IMG/VR virus record: IMGVR_UViG_3300047322_000608
Span: 11,870-75,869 of that record
DNA: 64,000 nucleotides
Origin: a virus
Direction: 5' to 3' (one strand)
In this document: in pieces, positions 18,475-29,056 of the stretch
Position numbering within the stretch: the first letter of the stretch is position 1
Layout: each line of letters starts with the position of its first letter
The notes under the pieces: model-generated
Databases searched by the model: none
What the model saw: the letters and a program-made list of their open reading frames with translations, nothing else
Told to the model about the DNA's origin: nothing
Program-made: the position numbers and the translations under genes

Positions 18475-20136
18475 TTACGAGGTGGGCAAGCAAGGATTCG
18501 CCGTGATCGTCGGGCATCCGGCAGCGATATTCTCAATGATCGCATGCCGGTTCGGAACCTGGATCATCGCGGCGATCGTCTTGCTGTTCAACTGGTAGTG
18601 GTTCACGTTTGGCGTGATTACACAATTGTACAAATTATCTGCGACGTTGGTCTGCCGAGTCGCCGAGGCCGTTCCAGCCAGGCCGATCATGGTGTCCGAC
18701 CAATCCAAGAGCCAGAGGTTACGGCCGCGCGAGCTGTCCAGGCCGCCGTTGGCCGCTTGGAAGACCGCGAGCTGATCGTCGAAATAGGTGTCGGTGATGA
18801 CCGCCAACTGCACCGCTTCATCCGGGAAGTCGTAGATGTTGTAGTTCCAGAGCAACTGCCCTTCGAACGTGATCGCTTCGCCCGCCTTGAAGAACCTGGT
18901 GTACTGCATGCCGTACTTCTTCTGGTAGTACTGGATCATGATCGTCAGGATCGAGTCAGCCAGGAAACGGTCAGTCATGCCGTCGATTCGGTCGATCATG
19001 CCGCTGTCCGTTTCGCGCTGGCGCTTGATCTGGTAGAGGAGGGACTTGATCACGTCCAGGTCCAAGGCCGCGTTCTGGTTATCGATCACCCGGCCGCAAT
19101 CCTGGAGCTGCTGGCGCCAGCCGATCGTGTTGGCCTTGTACTCGAGCAGACAGCTCTGGTTAGCCGGATCTACCACCTGGGGCAGGTTCTGGTAACTGTT
19201 AGGCGTCTGCTGCTCGTTGATCTTCTGGCCGTAGAAGATCGTGTTGTAGTAGGCCCGCTCAGCCAGCATTTCCTGGCGTTTGCGTTGCTTAGCCAATTCC
19301 AAGGTGCGGAACTTCTTGAAGAACTCGGATGTGAGCGGCGCGGTCAACGCCTTCACATACTCGTCGTTGTAGCAGAAGGTCGTCCGGATCGTCTGGAGCC
19401 AGTAAACCAACAGCTTGAGCGTGTTCTCCGAAGCGTCGTTGTAGCACCACGATTCGAAGTTACTTACCGAATTGGCGATCGGTATGATGACGCCGTGAGT
19501 CGGTTGATAGACCGCTTTCTGCGGGTTGGTCAGGGCAGCCCATCCGGCCGCGGTGAAGGGGGGTTGCACGATTAACTTGGCCTGGGTGGCACTGACGTTG
19601 ATCGATTGCAAGATCATGAACTGAACGGTCTGGCCAACGTTGGTCACCGGATCCTTGTAAAGGACGACGATCGATCGGCCCGGCAGGAAATACTTCTCCA
19701 GAGAGGTGAGCGGGGAAGCGAACTGGGATGCTTCGTTTTCCACCGTAAGATCGAACGCGGAAGCGGGCAGGCTGCCTACGCCGGCATTCGGATCAACCAC
19801 GCCGCCGACCAGGTTGAACCAGTTGGCGTTGACCACCGAGCGCTGGGGCACCATGACGAACGGCGAGATGATGGAACGATCCATCGTCAGCGACTGGGTT
19901 TTGATCGGGATGGTGCGGGAAAGAAAAAGGTCGGTTAGAGCCCGCTCGGGCACGCCCGTCATGCGCGCTTCTTTGGTTTGGCCGATGACACGGTCCATGC
20001 GGACTTCGGTGAATCCTTGCGCTTCAAACACATCCGGCGTCATTGCCTGGATGGAAGCTCGGGTGAGGGTGCAGCCGCAACTGTTGTCCACGGAGATCAG
20101 CCGCGGCGTGCAGTTGTTGCCTGGGTAAACTGCCAT
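18475..20136 (-). CDS. Major capsid protein (putative)
   Basis: 553 aa, directly after the scaffold-like gene, strongly biased codon use, own promoter-like region and a downstream terminator. Confidence 0.65.
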   Translation of the reverse strand: MAVYPGNNCTPRLISVDNSCGCTLTRASIQAMTPDVFEAQGFTEVRMDRVIGQTKEARMTGVPERALTDLFLSRTIPIKTQSLTMDRSIISPFVMVPQRSVVNANWFNLVGGVVDPNAGVGSLPASAFDLTVENEASQFASPLTSLEKYFLPGRSIVVLYKDPVTNVGQTVQFMILQSINVSATQAKLIVQPPFTAAGWAALTNPQKAVYQPTHGVIIPIANSVSNFESWCYNDASENTLKLLVYWLQTIRTTFCYNDEYVKALTAPLTSEFFKKFRTLELAKQRKRQEMLAERAYYNTIFYGQKINEQQTPNSYQNLPQVVDPANQSCLLEYKANTIGWRQQLQDCGRVIDNQNAALDLDVIKSLLYQIKRQRETDSGMIDRIDGMTDRFLADSILTIMIQYYQKKYGMQYTRFFKAGEAITFEGQLLWNYNIYDFPDEAVQLAVITDTYFDDQLAVFQAANGGLDSSRGRNLWLLDWSDTMIGLAGTASATRQTNVADNLYNCVITPNVNHYQLNSKTIAAMIQVPNRHAIIENIAAGCPTITANPCLPTS

Positions 20137-20233
20137 AATTCAATGCCTTTCGTTAACGTTGTTCGGTCTTACGATTACGATTAACTTTAAGGCGTTGATA
20201 TGGATAGACCTAGAACAAGCGTCTTTACGGCAC

Positions 20234-20257
20234 AAAAAATCCCGCCCTTCGGCGGGA
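20234..20257 (-). terminator. Rho-independent terminator
   Basis: Minus strand TCCCGCC-GAAG-GGCGGGA-TTTTTT. Confidence 0.75.
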
Positions 20258-20296
20258 CGGGATGCAGATTACTAGATGGTGATCTTGTCGAAGTGG

Positions 20297-21931
20297 CTAT
20301 CCAGCCCAGGCGCTGGCCCCCCCAGACCACTGCCTCTTGAGTTCGTCTTCCGTGAAAACGGTCGGTGAAGAAACGGGTGGAGGCAAGTTGGCCGCTCCCG
20401 GAGCCGGGGTGATTGTGGTCTTGGGTGACTCCTCTTTCTTGGCCGCTGGTTTAGCGGCAGGAGCTTCCTTCTTGGCTGCGACAGCTTTGGCTGGCCGAAC
20501 ATAGCCTTCATCCTCGCGGCGCTTAATCTCGGCTGCTAGGACCGTTTTTGCTTGCGTAGCCGCTGCGACGGCCAGCATGTCGAGCACGTCTTCGTGTCCG
20601 AGCGTCCAATGCCTGGCCTGTTCCGGGGCCGGCATCTTCTCCAACTCTCTCCGGGTAACAAAGGAACGGCCGTTTACTACGCGCATCTCGCCGCCGTCCC
20701 GCGCGAAGATCTGCTCTTGCTGGTCGATGAAGCTGAAAAGGTTCTGCTGGCGCAGAGCTTTTTGATTGGATGGCGCGCTCGCGGGCAACTTCTGGTCATA
20801 CGCCGCCTGCCGTTCTCCGCCGACCAGCTCCAGATACTCGCGGCCCAGGGTCTCTGCCTGGCCCAAGAAGTTCTTCGCCACACTGGCCGCCAGCGGGTCG
20901 ATAGTCGCCGCAGCGTCCCAGGCCTCCTTGCCACCAAATGTGGGGTCCTTCTCTTCGGCCGCCTTGAACACTTCGTGGAACGGCGATTTATCGTCTGGCA
21001 CGAAGCGCTGTGCAACCGTTGCCCGGTACGAGTTGACCGACTTGTCGATCTCCGGTTTAAGTTCCCGCATGCGCTCGGCATGTTCGGTCGCCTCCATCTT
21101 GGGCTTGAATTCCTTTTCGACGTCTTGCCGGACCTGGTCCGCTATCCATTGGCGTTCCAGCTTCTTGCGATCTCCGCTCTGGTAAATCGGCTGGTTCTCC
21201 TCGATAAACGCGGCGAAGTTTTCGTCGGTGTCTGGGTCCCAGTCCGAGTCTTCCTTCCGCTTCTCGTCGATGTAAGAATCGACCTTCTTGAGGTAGTCCA
21301 AGGTCTTCTTGGCCATCGTGCCGTATTTGTCCGGCATGGCTTTGGCCGCATACCTGGCCAGTTCGATCGCTTCCTTCTCCGATTCGCCGAGTGATTCGAC
21401 AAAGTCCGCGTCTGGATCGGCCGCGGCGGGAGCCTCTTCCTTTTTTTCGGGAGCGGGTGGGGCTGCGGGGGTTTCCTTGGCCACGCGCCGAACGATCCCT
21501 TCGACGATGTCTTCGATCGGCTTGGCCTTTTCGACGATCACCTTCGGCTTGGCCGGAGGCGGATCTGAGGGGGGCGCGGCTGGATCCTTGGCAGTGGGCG
21601 CGGCCTTGTCGTCAGCCTTGGCATCACCAGCCTTCGCTTCATCCGGCTTAGGTGGATCTCCTGCTGGTTTATCGTCGGCCGGTTTGGCTGCCTTGGCCGC
21701 TTCGGCTTGCTCCTTCTTGAAACGCGCATGCTCGCCCATGCTGATAAATTCTCCGGAGGGAACGTTGCGCGCTGTCTCCGGCGCTTTCGCGGGAGCGTCG
21801 ACGACCTGGCCGTCCGAAACGGCCTTACCCATGTCGGCGAGGATGGAAGCCATCCAGGGATCGGCGGTAGGTGTTGCGGCAGTGGGAGGAGTGGCGGCGG
21901 GCGGTGGGGTAGTTGTGGCTGCTTCTGGCAT
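20297..21931 (-). CDS. Putative capsid scaffolding protein
   Basis: Pro/Ala/Lys/Glu-rich disordered N-terminus and helical core; lies between portal and capsid. Confidence 0.55.
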   Translation of the reverse strand: MPEAATTTPPPAATPPTAATPTADPWMASILADMGKAVSDGQVVDAPAKAPETARNVPSGEFISMGEHARFKKEQAEAAKAAKPADDKPAGDPPKPDEAKAGDAKADDKAAPTAKDPAAPPSDPPPAKPKVIVEKAKPIEDIVEGIVRRVAKETPAAPPAPEKKEEAPAAADPDADFVESLGESEKEAIELARYAAKAMPDKYGTMAKKTLDYLKKVDSYIDEKRKEDSDWDPDTDENFAAFIEENQPIYQSGDRKKLERQWIADQVRQDVEKEFKPKMEATEHAERMRELKPEIDKSVNSYRATVAQRFVPDDKSPFHEVFKAAEEKDPTFGGKEAWDAAATIDPLAASVAKNFLGQAETLGREYLELVGGERQAAYDQKLPASAPSNQKALRQQNLFSFIDQQEQIFARDGGEMRVVNGRSFVTRRELEKMPAPEQARHWTLGHEDVLDMLAVAAATQAKTVLAAEIKRREDEGYVRPAKAVAAKKEAPAAKPAAKKEESPKTTITPAPGAANLPPPVSSPTVFTEDELKRQWSGGASAWAG

Positions 21932-21934
21932 AGA

Positions 21935-22342
21935 CTATTTTCGGTTTGTGGTTTGCTGTAGCGCGATAATCGTCTCCTCGTATTCCGACCAATCAACGCC
22001 TAGTTCGGCGGCAAAAAGCCGTTCGATGTTGGTTGCGAAGAAATGCTCTCGGCGGTATGGGGCAGCCGGATCGTCTCCAGGCTCAGCTTCATTGGAATGC
22101 TTTCCTTGCCGGCGCTCCTCCTCGAAATTCATGTCGAACGAGTCGACCACTTCCTGGACAATGCTTCGATCCTTGCAAAGGCACACTTCCACAAGCTCAT
22201 GAACGGCGATGAGCGCGGCATGTTTCCAGTTGCCAGTGTCTGACACTTCGATCAACAGGTTGCCGTTATGATCGAATCTCCAGTTTCCGCAGGTCTCGTA
22301 CTGCTGGCTATCGTGTGGGATTACTTTGATCTCGACGTTCAT
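21935..22342 (-). CDS. Hypothetical protein (HExxE, possible metal-binding)
   Basis: LIAVHELVE, EPGDDP.APY..EH motifs. Confidence 0.55.
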   Translation of the reverse strand: MNVEIKVIPHDSQQYETCGNWRFDHNGNLLIEVSDTGNWKHAALIAVHELVEVCLCKDRSIVQEVVDSFDMNFEEERRQGKHSNEAEPGDDPAAPYRREHFFATNIERLFAAELGVDWSEYEETIIALQQTTNRK

Positions 22343-23646
22343 GCGTTAATCTCTTCGTCACTGAATTGAACTCCCAAGGCTTGTCCTTTCTCTATTTCGC
22401 TGACGGCATCCTGGAGCGACTTTGTCCGGACCTCCAGCTTGTAGCCGCTGATCTGGTCCGCGTGTTCTTCGCACGCTTTGATGGCCGCCTTAACCGTAGG
22501 CCCTGTTCCAACAACCCAGCCGATCTCGCTAAACTTGGCTGGTTGCGGGATCACGTAATCGACTCCGCTCAGGCGGCAGTGGAAGAAGAGTTTCACCCAG
22601 CGCCTAACTTCATCCGGGATGGTCACGGCTTGCCAGGCTTCGTCCGCGTGATCGGAGTAGATGACGGCTTGCGCCGAATACTTGGCCGGCTCTCCTTCTT
22701 CGTCTTCGTCCACCTCCGGGTCCACCACAATACCCGCAGCGCCGCTCCACATGATCTCGCCCCAATTGGCGATCATCTCTTGCATGGATTCAGAAGGCGG
22801 TGATCCGCCCCGGGCGGTGACGTCGATCAGATAAGGCCGCTCATCCGGTCCGACCCGTACCTCCGTGGAGAAGAGACCGCGATACTGGTAGGCCTCTAGT
22901 GCGGGAGCAAGCCATTTGTTGACGGCCCGAATATGCTCGTCCAGATCGGCGTAGGGCAAAATCACGCCAAGGTAGCTGGCATCTTTAACTTCCACCCCAT
23001 TGATGGCGTGCGACGGGAATTTGCCGTCGATGGAAAAGCCGTCGTAGCCAATCTCCAGGGCTGGTTCGATCGGCTGTTCGATCAGGAATTGCATGGCGTC
23101 CGCGGCCGCTCCAACAAAGTGCTTAATCTCGTCGAGCTTGGGAATGATCTCCTCGTAAGAAGGCGCGTGGAAGGTCTCCGTATCTCCCCTGGTTAGGCTA
23201 ATCTTCACATGCACGTTCTTGTGCTTCTTGAGATACGCGCGCAAGTTCTCCAGGCCCGTAACCACGTTGTAATCTCCGACCGGCATGCCCAGCCGCTTCA
23301 TCTCCTCTTTGGCTTCCGGCCGGTAGATCTCAAGCTCATCTCCGTTGCGGCCGCCCCAGACTCGTTTGCCTTGCCGAACCAGCTCCTTCTGCAGGTCTCC
23401 GTCGAAGATATAGGGGAAGCAGATCAGGTCCATTTTATGGACCACGTCCCACATATTCTTGACCATGGTGATCTCGTCAAACCCGTGCCCAATCAAGAGC
23501 TGATTGGAACTAGGGGACAAGCTTTTCCAACTTGGATTGTGGTAGTAGACCTCTCCGAATTCCCTGGCCAGGCGGAGCGCCCATGAAGGGAACAGCCCAT
23601 GATCTACGACCAAAGCTCTCTTATCGTTTAGCCGCTGCGCTTTCAC
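22339..23646 (-). CDS. ATP-grasp ligase, phosphoribosylamine-glycine ligase (PurD)-like
   Basis: VWGG...ELEIYR, FLIEQPIE..LEIGYDGF, YRGLFSTE and LIDVTARGGSPP (PurD-type E-x-N-x-R-F-G-x-P equivalent). Confidence 0.7.
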   Translation of the reverse strand: MKAQRLNDKRALVVDHGLFPSWALRLAREFGEVYYHNPSWKSLSPSSNQLLIGHGFDEITMVKNMWDVVHKMDLICFPYIFDGDLQKELVRQGKRVWGGRNGDELEIYRPEAKEEMKRLGMPVGDYNVVTGLENLRAYLKKHKNVHVKISLTRGDTETFHAPSYEEIIPKLDEIKHFVGAAADAMQFLIEQPIEPALEIGYDGFSIDGKFPSHAINGVEVKDASYLGVILPYADLDEHIRAVNKWLAPALEAYQYRGLFSTEVRVGPDERPYLIDVTARGGSPPSESMQEMIANWGEIMWSGAAGIVVDPEVDEDEEGEPAKYSAQAVIYSDHADEAWQAVTIPDEVRRWVKLFFHCRLSGVDYVIPQPAKFSEIGWVVGTGPTVKAAIKACEEHADQISGYKLEVRTKSLQDAVSEIEKGQALGVQFSDEEINA

Positions 23647-26189
23647 CTGGCGTAGGCACTTGGTGCGCCGCCCTCTCCGTCGACTGCCGCCATCGCCTTC
23701 ATTCCTTTGATCGCGGTATCAACCGTGTGCGACTCTTCCGCATGCCGCATCTTCTGCATGCCTTCGGCTCGGTCCATGTTCATCTTCTGCCGGCCCATCA
23801 GGAACTTCATCGGATCGACCTGGACCACGTTCGGCTTGCGATCGATCTCGTCGACCTTGCCGGTCAACTCGGCGACGATCTTGCGCAGTTCCTCGAACTT
23901 CTGACCGAGCGCAGCCACCTGTTGACCGACCTGGGCAATGCCTTGCGCGTCCTGTTCGGCGTGCTGGGTGAGCTGCTGCAGGACCTGCTCCATCTGCTGC
24001 TGTTTGTTGGGGCCCATCTCGTTGGATTCTCCCGGCCCAAGCTCCAAGTTCAGATCCACGGCAGCGCCCGAGAGGCGGAAGATCTCGTTGTAAATCTCGA
24101 ACAGCTTTTCCTTCTTGATGCTCTGGAGAATGATCGGGTTTTGCAGCGTGCTCAAAAGCTGCGTGAGCACATTCGCAGACTGGGTATTAACCGCGCGCAG
24201 GCCGCCGTCTCGGCTCGTGTAGATGTACTCGTAAAGCAGCTTGCTTTTGGTGCCGACAACCGTGTGATAGGCAGGCTCGTCGCGATCGACCCAGATGATG
24301 GATTCGTCGTCTTCGTCGAACACTTCGAACCCAGCCTTATGAACGATGGCCTTGGTATAGCGATTGGCGATGGGCACGCGGATCGTTTGCGAACCGCAGA
24401 TCATGTAGCTCTCGTAGAACACCCGCTTCTTGGCTGCGCGATACTCGTCGATCGCGTCGGAGATAAACCCGTAGATCGTCTCGGTTGTACCGGCCATCAT
24501 GTTGGTCTCGGTCGCAGAGATCTCCCGCGGCGCCGGCTGGCCAAGCTCGTGCGGGGAAAGCGCCATCAACCGCTCGGCCAACTGGATCAATTGACTCATG
24601 GCCTGGAAGATCATGGTGATCGCCTGGCTGGGCGCCGTCTGGACCAGGGTGATGATGTTCTTGGGATCAATCCCCAGCTCCTTCATCTTGGTGCCCGAAT
24701 ATTCAAACACCTTGGTCGCGACGTACTTGTTCTGTCCCTTCACGTCAGCTCGGAAATCCGTCAGCATCTTGGCCCCGTCCGGCCCACTTGCCACCGAATC
24801 AATGTCCACGCACAGGATGCGCTGGAAATCACCCTGCAGCACCATCAGCAGGAAGGACAGGAGCTGTGTCATCTGGTCCTGGTAAGGGAGCAGTTCCATC
24901 CCGATCGAGATGTTGAGCTGCCTGGCATCGTTCTCGTTGATGCCGCAGTAACAGGCCGGCGAGGAGGGAAGGAACTCGGCATAGACCACAGTCTTGTCTC
25001 CTGCCACCTTCATGCGCAGCCAGACCGGGTAAGGATAATCGCCAATGCCCCAGTCCTTCGGGATGATCTTCTTGAAATACTCCGCGATGATCATCGAGCT
25101 GTCGCGCATGTCCTGGGCGTAGAGGCCAAGATTATTCAAACGATCGTTGCGCGCGGATAGGTCCAGGGTGTTGATGTCGCAGGGCGGGATGATCGTGCAG
25201 TAGTATTGGGAAAAGTACTGAGCGTAAGTGGAGAAGAGCTGGACGATGGTTGCGCTGTAGGAGATCGTCGATCGGTTCCAGTACTTCGGATTAGCCGCCA
25301 CGTCTCCGTAACGGATCACGTCCCAGAACCCAATGAACTCCGAACCAACGTCGCAGTTGATACTGCTCATCGGGTAAGCGTTGTCCCAGAAGATCCGGGA
25401 GGGATGCGGGTTGACCCAACCCACCCCTTCTTTGGTGATGACGGTCTTATACTTCGGATCCTTCGGATCGCGCAGTTCCGGGTTGATGTCCGGATCGAAG
25501 ATGGTTTGCTCTTCCCGCTCCCACTTGGCCCGGACGAAATCCAGGCTATGCCCGTAGAGCATGGCATCGCGCATGACCTGGACCTCGTGATGGCGATGAT
25601 CGAACTGGTCGGTCTGGATGTCCATGACCTGGGAAAGAATGTCCGCACGCAACTTTCCTACCTGCGACGTGCTCCGGGGCTCGTACTTGTAGTAGGGGTA
25701 AAGCGACATGTACTTGTTCGCTTGCGCAGCCAGGCGCCGGGTGATGACGGACCGAACCAGGTTGAAGTTGACTTCGAAAAACTTGGGCAGGTTAACGCCG
25801 ACGATATTCCCCTTCTGATCCTTGGTCGTGTACTTGTCGACGTTGGGCAGGTCGTGCAATTGCTTGCCGCACTTGCCTAGATCCAGCCGGCCCTGCGCGT
25901 AAAGCAAAAGCGGGTAGGTCTCCTTGTTGATCGGCGGCGCGTCCCAGGCCACATCGACGGCCGAGTACATCTGATAATTCTGGAGCGCGTAATTGATCTG
26001 CTCGGAGAATCGCCGGTTGATGTCGGACTCAAACCTGTCCCGGAGCTTGATGTCTTTCTCCAGCCGATCCAGATCGTCCTTTGGCAGCGAGTTCTTCTCC
26101 GCTTCGGTCGGGGGTGGTTGCGCGGTGAAGATCTGCCGCAGCCGCTCTTGCGTGCTGCCCATCGCTTCCAGGACGTCCAGGTCAACCAT
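23643..26189 (-). CDS. Portal protein
   Basis: 848 aa, downstream of the terminase; ISATETN motif (podoviral portal TATE) and Q-rich C-terminal barrel. Confidence 0.75.
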   Translation of the reverse strand: MVDLDVLEAMGSTQERLRQIFTAQPPPTEAEKNSLPKDDLDRLEKDIKLRDRFESDINRRFSEQINYALQNYQMYSAVDVAWDAPPINKETYPLLLYAQGRLDLGKCGKQLHDLPNVDKYTTKDQKGNIVGVNLPKFFEVNFNLVRSVITRRLAAQANKYMSLYPYYKYEPRSTSQVGKLRADILSQVMDIQTDQFDHRHHEVQVMRDAMLYGHSLDFVRAKWEREEQTIFDPDINPELRDPKDPKYKTVITKEGVGWVNPHPSRIFWDNAYPMSSINCDVGSEFIGFWDVIRYGDVAANPKYWNRSTISYSATIVQLFSTYAQYFSQYYCTIIPPCDINTLDLSARNDRLNNLGLYAQDMRDSSMIIAEYFKKIIPKDWGIGDYPYPVWLRMKVAGDKTVVYAEFLPSSPACYCGINENDARQLNISIGMELLPYQDQMTQLLSFLLMVLQGDFQRILCVDIDSVASGPDGAKMLTDFRADVKGQNKYVATKVFEYSGTKMKELGIDPKNIITLVQTAPSQAITMIFQAMSQLIQLAERLMALSPHELGQPAPREISATETNMMAGTTETIYGFISDAIDEYRAAKKRVFYESYMICGSQTIRVPIANRYTKAIVHKAGFEVFDEDDESIIWVDRDEPAYHTVVGTKSKLLYEYIYTSRDGGLRAVNTQSANVLTQLLSTLQNPIILQSIKKEKLFEIYNEIFRLSGAAVDLNLELGPGESNEMGPNKQQQMEQVLQQLTQHAEQDAQGIAQVGQQVAALGQKFEELRKIVAELTGKVDEIDRKPNVVQVDPMKFLMGRQKMNMDRAEGMQKMRHAEESHTVDTAIKGMKAMAAVDGEGGAPSAYAR

Positions 26190-26200
26190 AGGTCAATCGC

Positions 26201-26581
26201 TTAGGTGTAGCTGGTCAACCAGGGCTCAGCGGAATTCTCCGCGGTCTGGGGAGGCCGGCTGCGTGGGCCGCCTTCCTGCATTGTCCTTGGCCCCTCCATC
26301 CCTCGCCGCTTGCGATCACGGGATTTGATCGTCATCATCACGGGCTCCTTCGAGTCGGGCTCGGCCTCGATCTTCCGGTCCTCGCTGCCATAGCCGCCTT
26401 CGGAAATAATCTTCTCGATTGCGCACTGAATTCCCTCGGGGTAGCGACTCATGATCTGAAGCTCGACCTTGATTGTACAATGCTCGCCAACCTCCTTTGT
26501 CCCGAATATCTCGCGAACTTCCGGGGCATCGTGAAAATCGATGGTTAGCGTGTTCGGACTTTCCACCTGCGGCGTTTCCAT
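26201..26581 (-). CDS. Hypothetical protein
   Basis: Clean ORF preceded by a promoter-like TTGATC-17-TAGGGT. Confidence 0.55.
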   Translation of the reverse strand: METPQVESPNTLTIDFHDAPEVREIFGTKEVGEHCTIKVELQIMSRYPEGIQCAIEKIISEGGYGSEDRKIEAEPDSKEPVMMTIKSRDRKRRGMEGPRTMQEGGPRSRPPQTAENSAEPWLTSYT

Positions 26582-26651
26582 GTTCGGCCTTTATTTAAGG
26601 TTGACTGTTTCCGCACCCTAGACCCCGTAGCAGCCGTGATCAAGCGTTTAC

Positions 26652-27005
26652 TCAAGCGACCGCCATCGCTCTGGCTCGTTTCTTCGCCGTCAGGATGCGC
26701 CCGGTGTTCTTCTCCACCGTCACCGCTCGGTCGTCGTAGATCGTCCCGAAGCTTGGGTCCTTGCGGTTAGTGACCGGCAAGGTCTGCCCAAGATGTTCTT
26801 TCAGCCATGCACGGATTGGTGGGATGTTCTGCGGATCATCCGCCCGGGCCGTGAAGATGACTACATTGGTTCCTTCGGCCAGCCATTGCTTGACCCTCTC
26901 CAGCATCTTGGGCACGGGCCTCCCGATATGATCGCGGCCTTTCCATAAGCCATCAGTTGCCGCTAAAGTTCCGTCCAAATCAACGGCTACGACTTCCTTT
27001 TTCAT
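26652..27005 (-). CDS. HAD-family phosphatase-like protein
   Basis: VAVDLDGTLA, VIFTAR, K...YDDRAV. Confidence 0.8.
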   Translation of the reverse strand: MKKEVVAVDLDGTLAATDGLWKGRDHIGRPVPKMLERVKQWLAEGTNVVIFTARADDPQNIPPIRAWLKEHLGQTLPVTNRKDPSFGTIYDDRAVTVEKNTGRILTAKKRARAMAVA

Positions 27006-27247
27006 TCTCCACGCTCCTTCCGAATCACCGCCTCACGAGTCGACTGTTCCTCTTTGAGTATCCATTCCCCAACCTGCCCGCGGCGCGCGAACCAGTTGCC
27101 AACGCCGTAAGCCACGTTGACAGTTCCGCATTCCTCGCCTTGCTCGTGACGTGTGCAGAATATCTGAACCGTGTCGAAGTGCTCGCCGAGCTGGAGGCAG
27201 GCCGACTTGGCACGCTCAATATCAGCTTCCTGGTTATTCTCGCTCAT
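27002..27247 (-). CDS. Hypothetical protein
   Basis: ATG at 27247 coupled to neighbouring genes. Confidence 0.55.
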   Translation of the reverse strand: MSENNQEADIERAKSACLQLGEHFDTVQIFCTRHEQGEECGTVNVAYGVGNWFARRGQVGEWILKEEQSTREAVIRKERGE

Positions 27248-27483
27248 TGTCCGTTCCCTTGGATGGATTCGATGGTTGGCGCGGGCTTGATCCTCCGCTT
27301 GTGCGGGTTTCCAACGGTCACGTTGGGTGTGCTCCTCATCTCGATCGGGACGATCTTGTTTGGCTCCTTCCAGATCGATCGGTAGCAGCAGCATGGGCAA
27401 AGCCAATTGGTCTGGCGCAGGGTACGGTCGTCGCTGATGACGGCCCGGCTCGTCATTTTGCTGTGGCATTTTGGGCAGAGCAT
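27244..27483 (-). CDS. Small Zn-ribbon protein
   Basis: CPKC...CPCC. Confidence 0.5.
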   Translation of the reverse strand: MLCPKCHSKMTSRAVISDDRTLRQTNWLCPCCCYRSIWKEPNKIVPIEMRSTPNVTVGNPHKRRIKPAPTIESIQGNGQ

Positions 27484-27490
27484 AAGGTGA

Positions 27491-29056
27491 TCAAGCGGAG
27501 TAGTATTGCGGCTTTATGGCTTCGACAGCTCCGGGGACTTCCGTTCGTCTCGTTGAATAATAGAAGTAACCGTAACTGTAAGAATCGAAGTTGTGGACAT
27601 AGCGGCTCTTCGGCTTCGGCTTGAGCCGATCCTTCGGATCATGCGGCAGGCGCATGAACATTTCCCTGGTTCTCCGGCAGGTCGCCGAGATTAACGTGCT
27701 CCCGCTCACCAGTGAATCGGTGACCAGCCGGACACGCGCTTCAATCGAGAACTCGCCCTTGGGACATTCCTTCATTCGCACGATAAAGCGCTCTGGCAGG
27801 CCGTGCTTCTCCACGTAAGCGCGCGAGATCTTTTCCACATCCCAGACATCGTAGGACCCACCTTCGGCCCGGTACATGTTGAACGCAGAGCTGTCCGAGA
27901 TATGCGTCCAGACGAACTCGAACTTCATCTTGTCCTCCCAGTAACGCATGCGCTCGATGACCTGCGGGATGCTCTTGGCGTAAGGCGTGTACTGCCCGAC
28001 GTAATCCAGCTCGTCCAGGCAAAGGCGGTAAACTTTGTCCAGAGTCGGAACGATCTGCAGGAAATGAATGCTGCTATGCGCTCCGCCCAGGTCGTAACTG
28101 ACGATCATGGGATTCGGGACCACGGGCAGGAGTCCAAGGCCCTTGGCTGCATCGCCGCGGATGAAGAGATCGGAGTAAGCGCCTTCGAACAGGGAATCGC
28201 CTTCTACTCGGTCGACCCATTCGCCGTCGACCAGGCGCGCTTTCATGACCGGGTCATTCTTGACGGCCGGCAGCACGTAGTTCTCGTAGTAGCCTTCCGA
28301 GAGGTTTGGAAGGTTGTCCGAAACTGGAATATGGAAGTGGGCGTAACGGGCGTCCCATGCGCCGGTCTCCTCGTTGACCGGCATTTCGAAGAACCGTTTG
28401 TAAAGCCAGTGGGACGGGCCCTCCGGATTGCAGCAGAAGATGATCTTGGACGGATCGCCGCTCTTCTTCTTTTTGCGGCCGAGCTGCATGAGCAGGCTCG
28501 TGAAGTAGGTGTCGGTCTCCAGGGTCTGAGCTTCGTCAACCAGGATAATGTCAGGCTCACGGCCGCGGACCTTGCCTTCGACCTGATGAGCTACAGGCAA
28601 CGATGCCAGCATGATCATCGACCAGCCGCCGTGCCGGTTGGAAAGCCAGATGTACGGCTTCTTGGTCTGCGGATCGTAGCGGGTCTCCGTCGCTTGAATG
28701 CCGATCCCCTGCTGCCATTCGGGGATCACGTCTTGCAGTAGCTTGTTCCAGGCTCCGCCTTCGGTGCCCATGGCGAACTCTTTCAGAATGATGAAACCCA
28801 GGCAGTTGTCGTTCTTGTAACAGTAATCGACAATCTCTTCGACGCCCAGATGGCTTTTCCCGCTGCCACGCTCGCCGTAGTAGAGCTTGTAGATCGCCTT
28901 GTTGTCGTGCGCTTTTTGCTGGATCGGATTGAGCTTGGGCCGCCAGCCTTTCTGGAACTGGACCTGATGTGAGTCTGGCCTGACCCTCTCCGGATCGGCT
29001 TCCTCGAACTGCGCGACCAGGGCCTCCAGTGCTGCTTTACTCCGAAGAATTCCCAT
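27491..29056 (-). CDS. terL: Terminase large subunit
   Basis: Walker A YGERGSGKS, Walker B ILVDEAQ, coupling motif CCNPEGPSHWLYKRF, nuclease SYDLG and C-terminal HNFDS. Confidence 0.9.
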   Translation of the reverse strand: MGILRSKAALEALVAQFEEADPERVRPDSHQVQFQKGWRPKLNPIQQKAHDNKAIYKLYYGERGSGKSHLGVEEIVDYCYKNDNCLGFIILKEFAMGTEGGAWNKLLQDVIPEWQQGIGIQATETRYDPQTKKPYIWLSNRHGGWSMIMLASLPVAHQVEGKVRGREPDIILVDEAQTLETDTYFTSLLMQLGRKKKKSGDPSKIIFCCNPEGPSHWLYKRFFEMPVNEETGAWDARYAHFHIPVSDNLPNLSEGYYENYVLPAVKNDPVMKARLVDGEWVDRVEGDSLFEGAYSDLFIRGDAAKGLGLLPVVPNPMIVSYDLGGAHSSIHFLQIVPTLDKVYRLCLDELDYVGQYTPYAKSIPQVIERMRYWEDKMKFEFVWTHISDSSAFNMYRAEGGSYDVWDVEKISRAYVEKHGLPERFIVRMKECPKGEFSIEARVRLVTDSLVSGSTLISATCRRTREMFMRLPHDPKDRLKPKPKSRYVHNFDSYSYGYFYYSTRRTEVPGAVEAIKPQYYSA

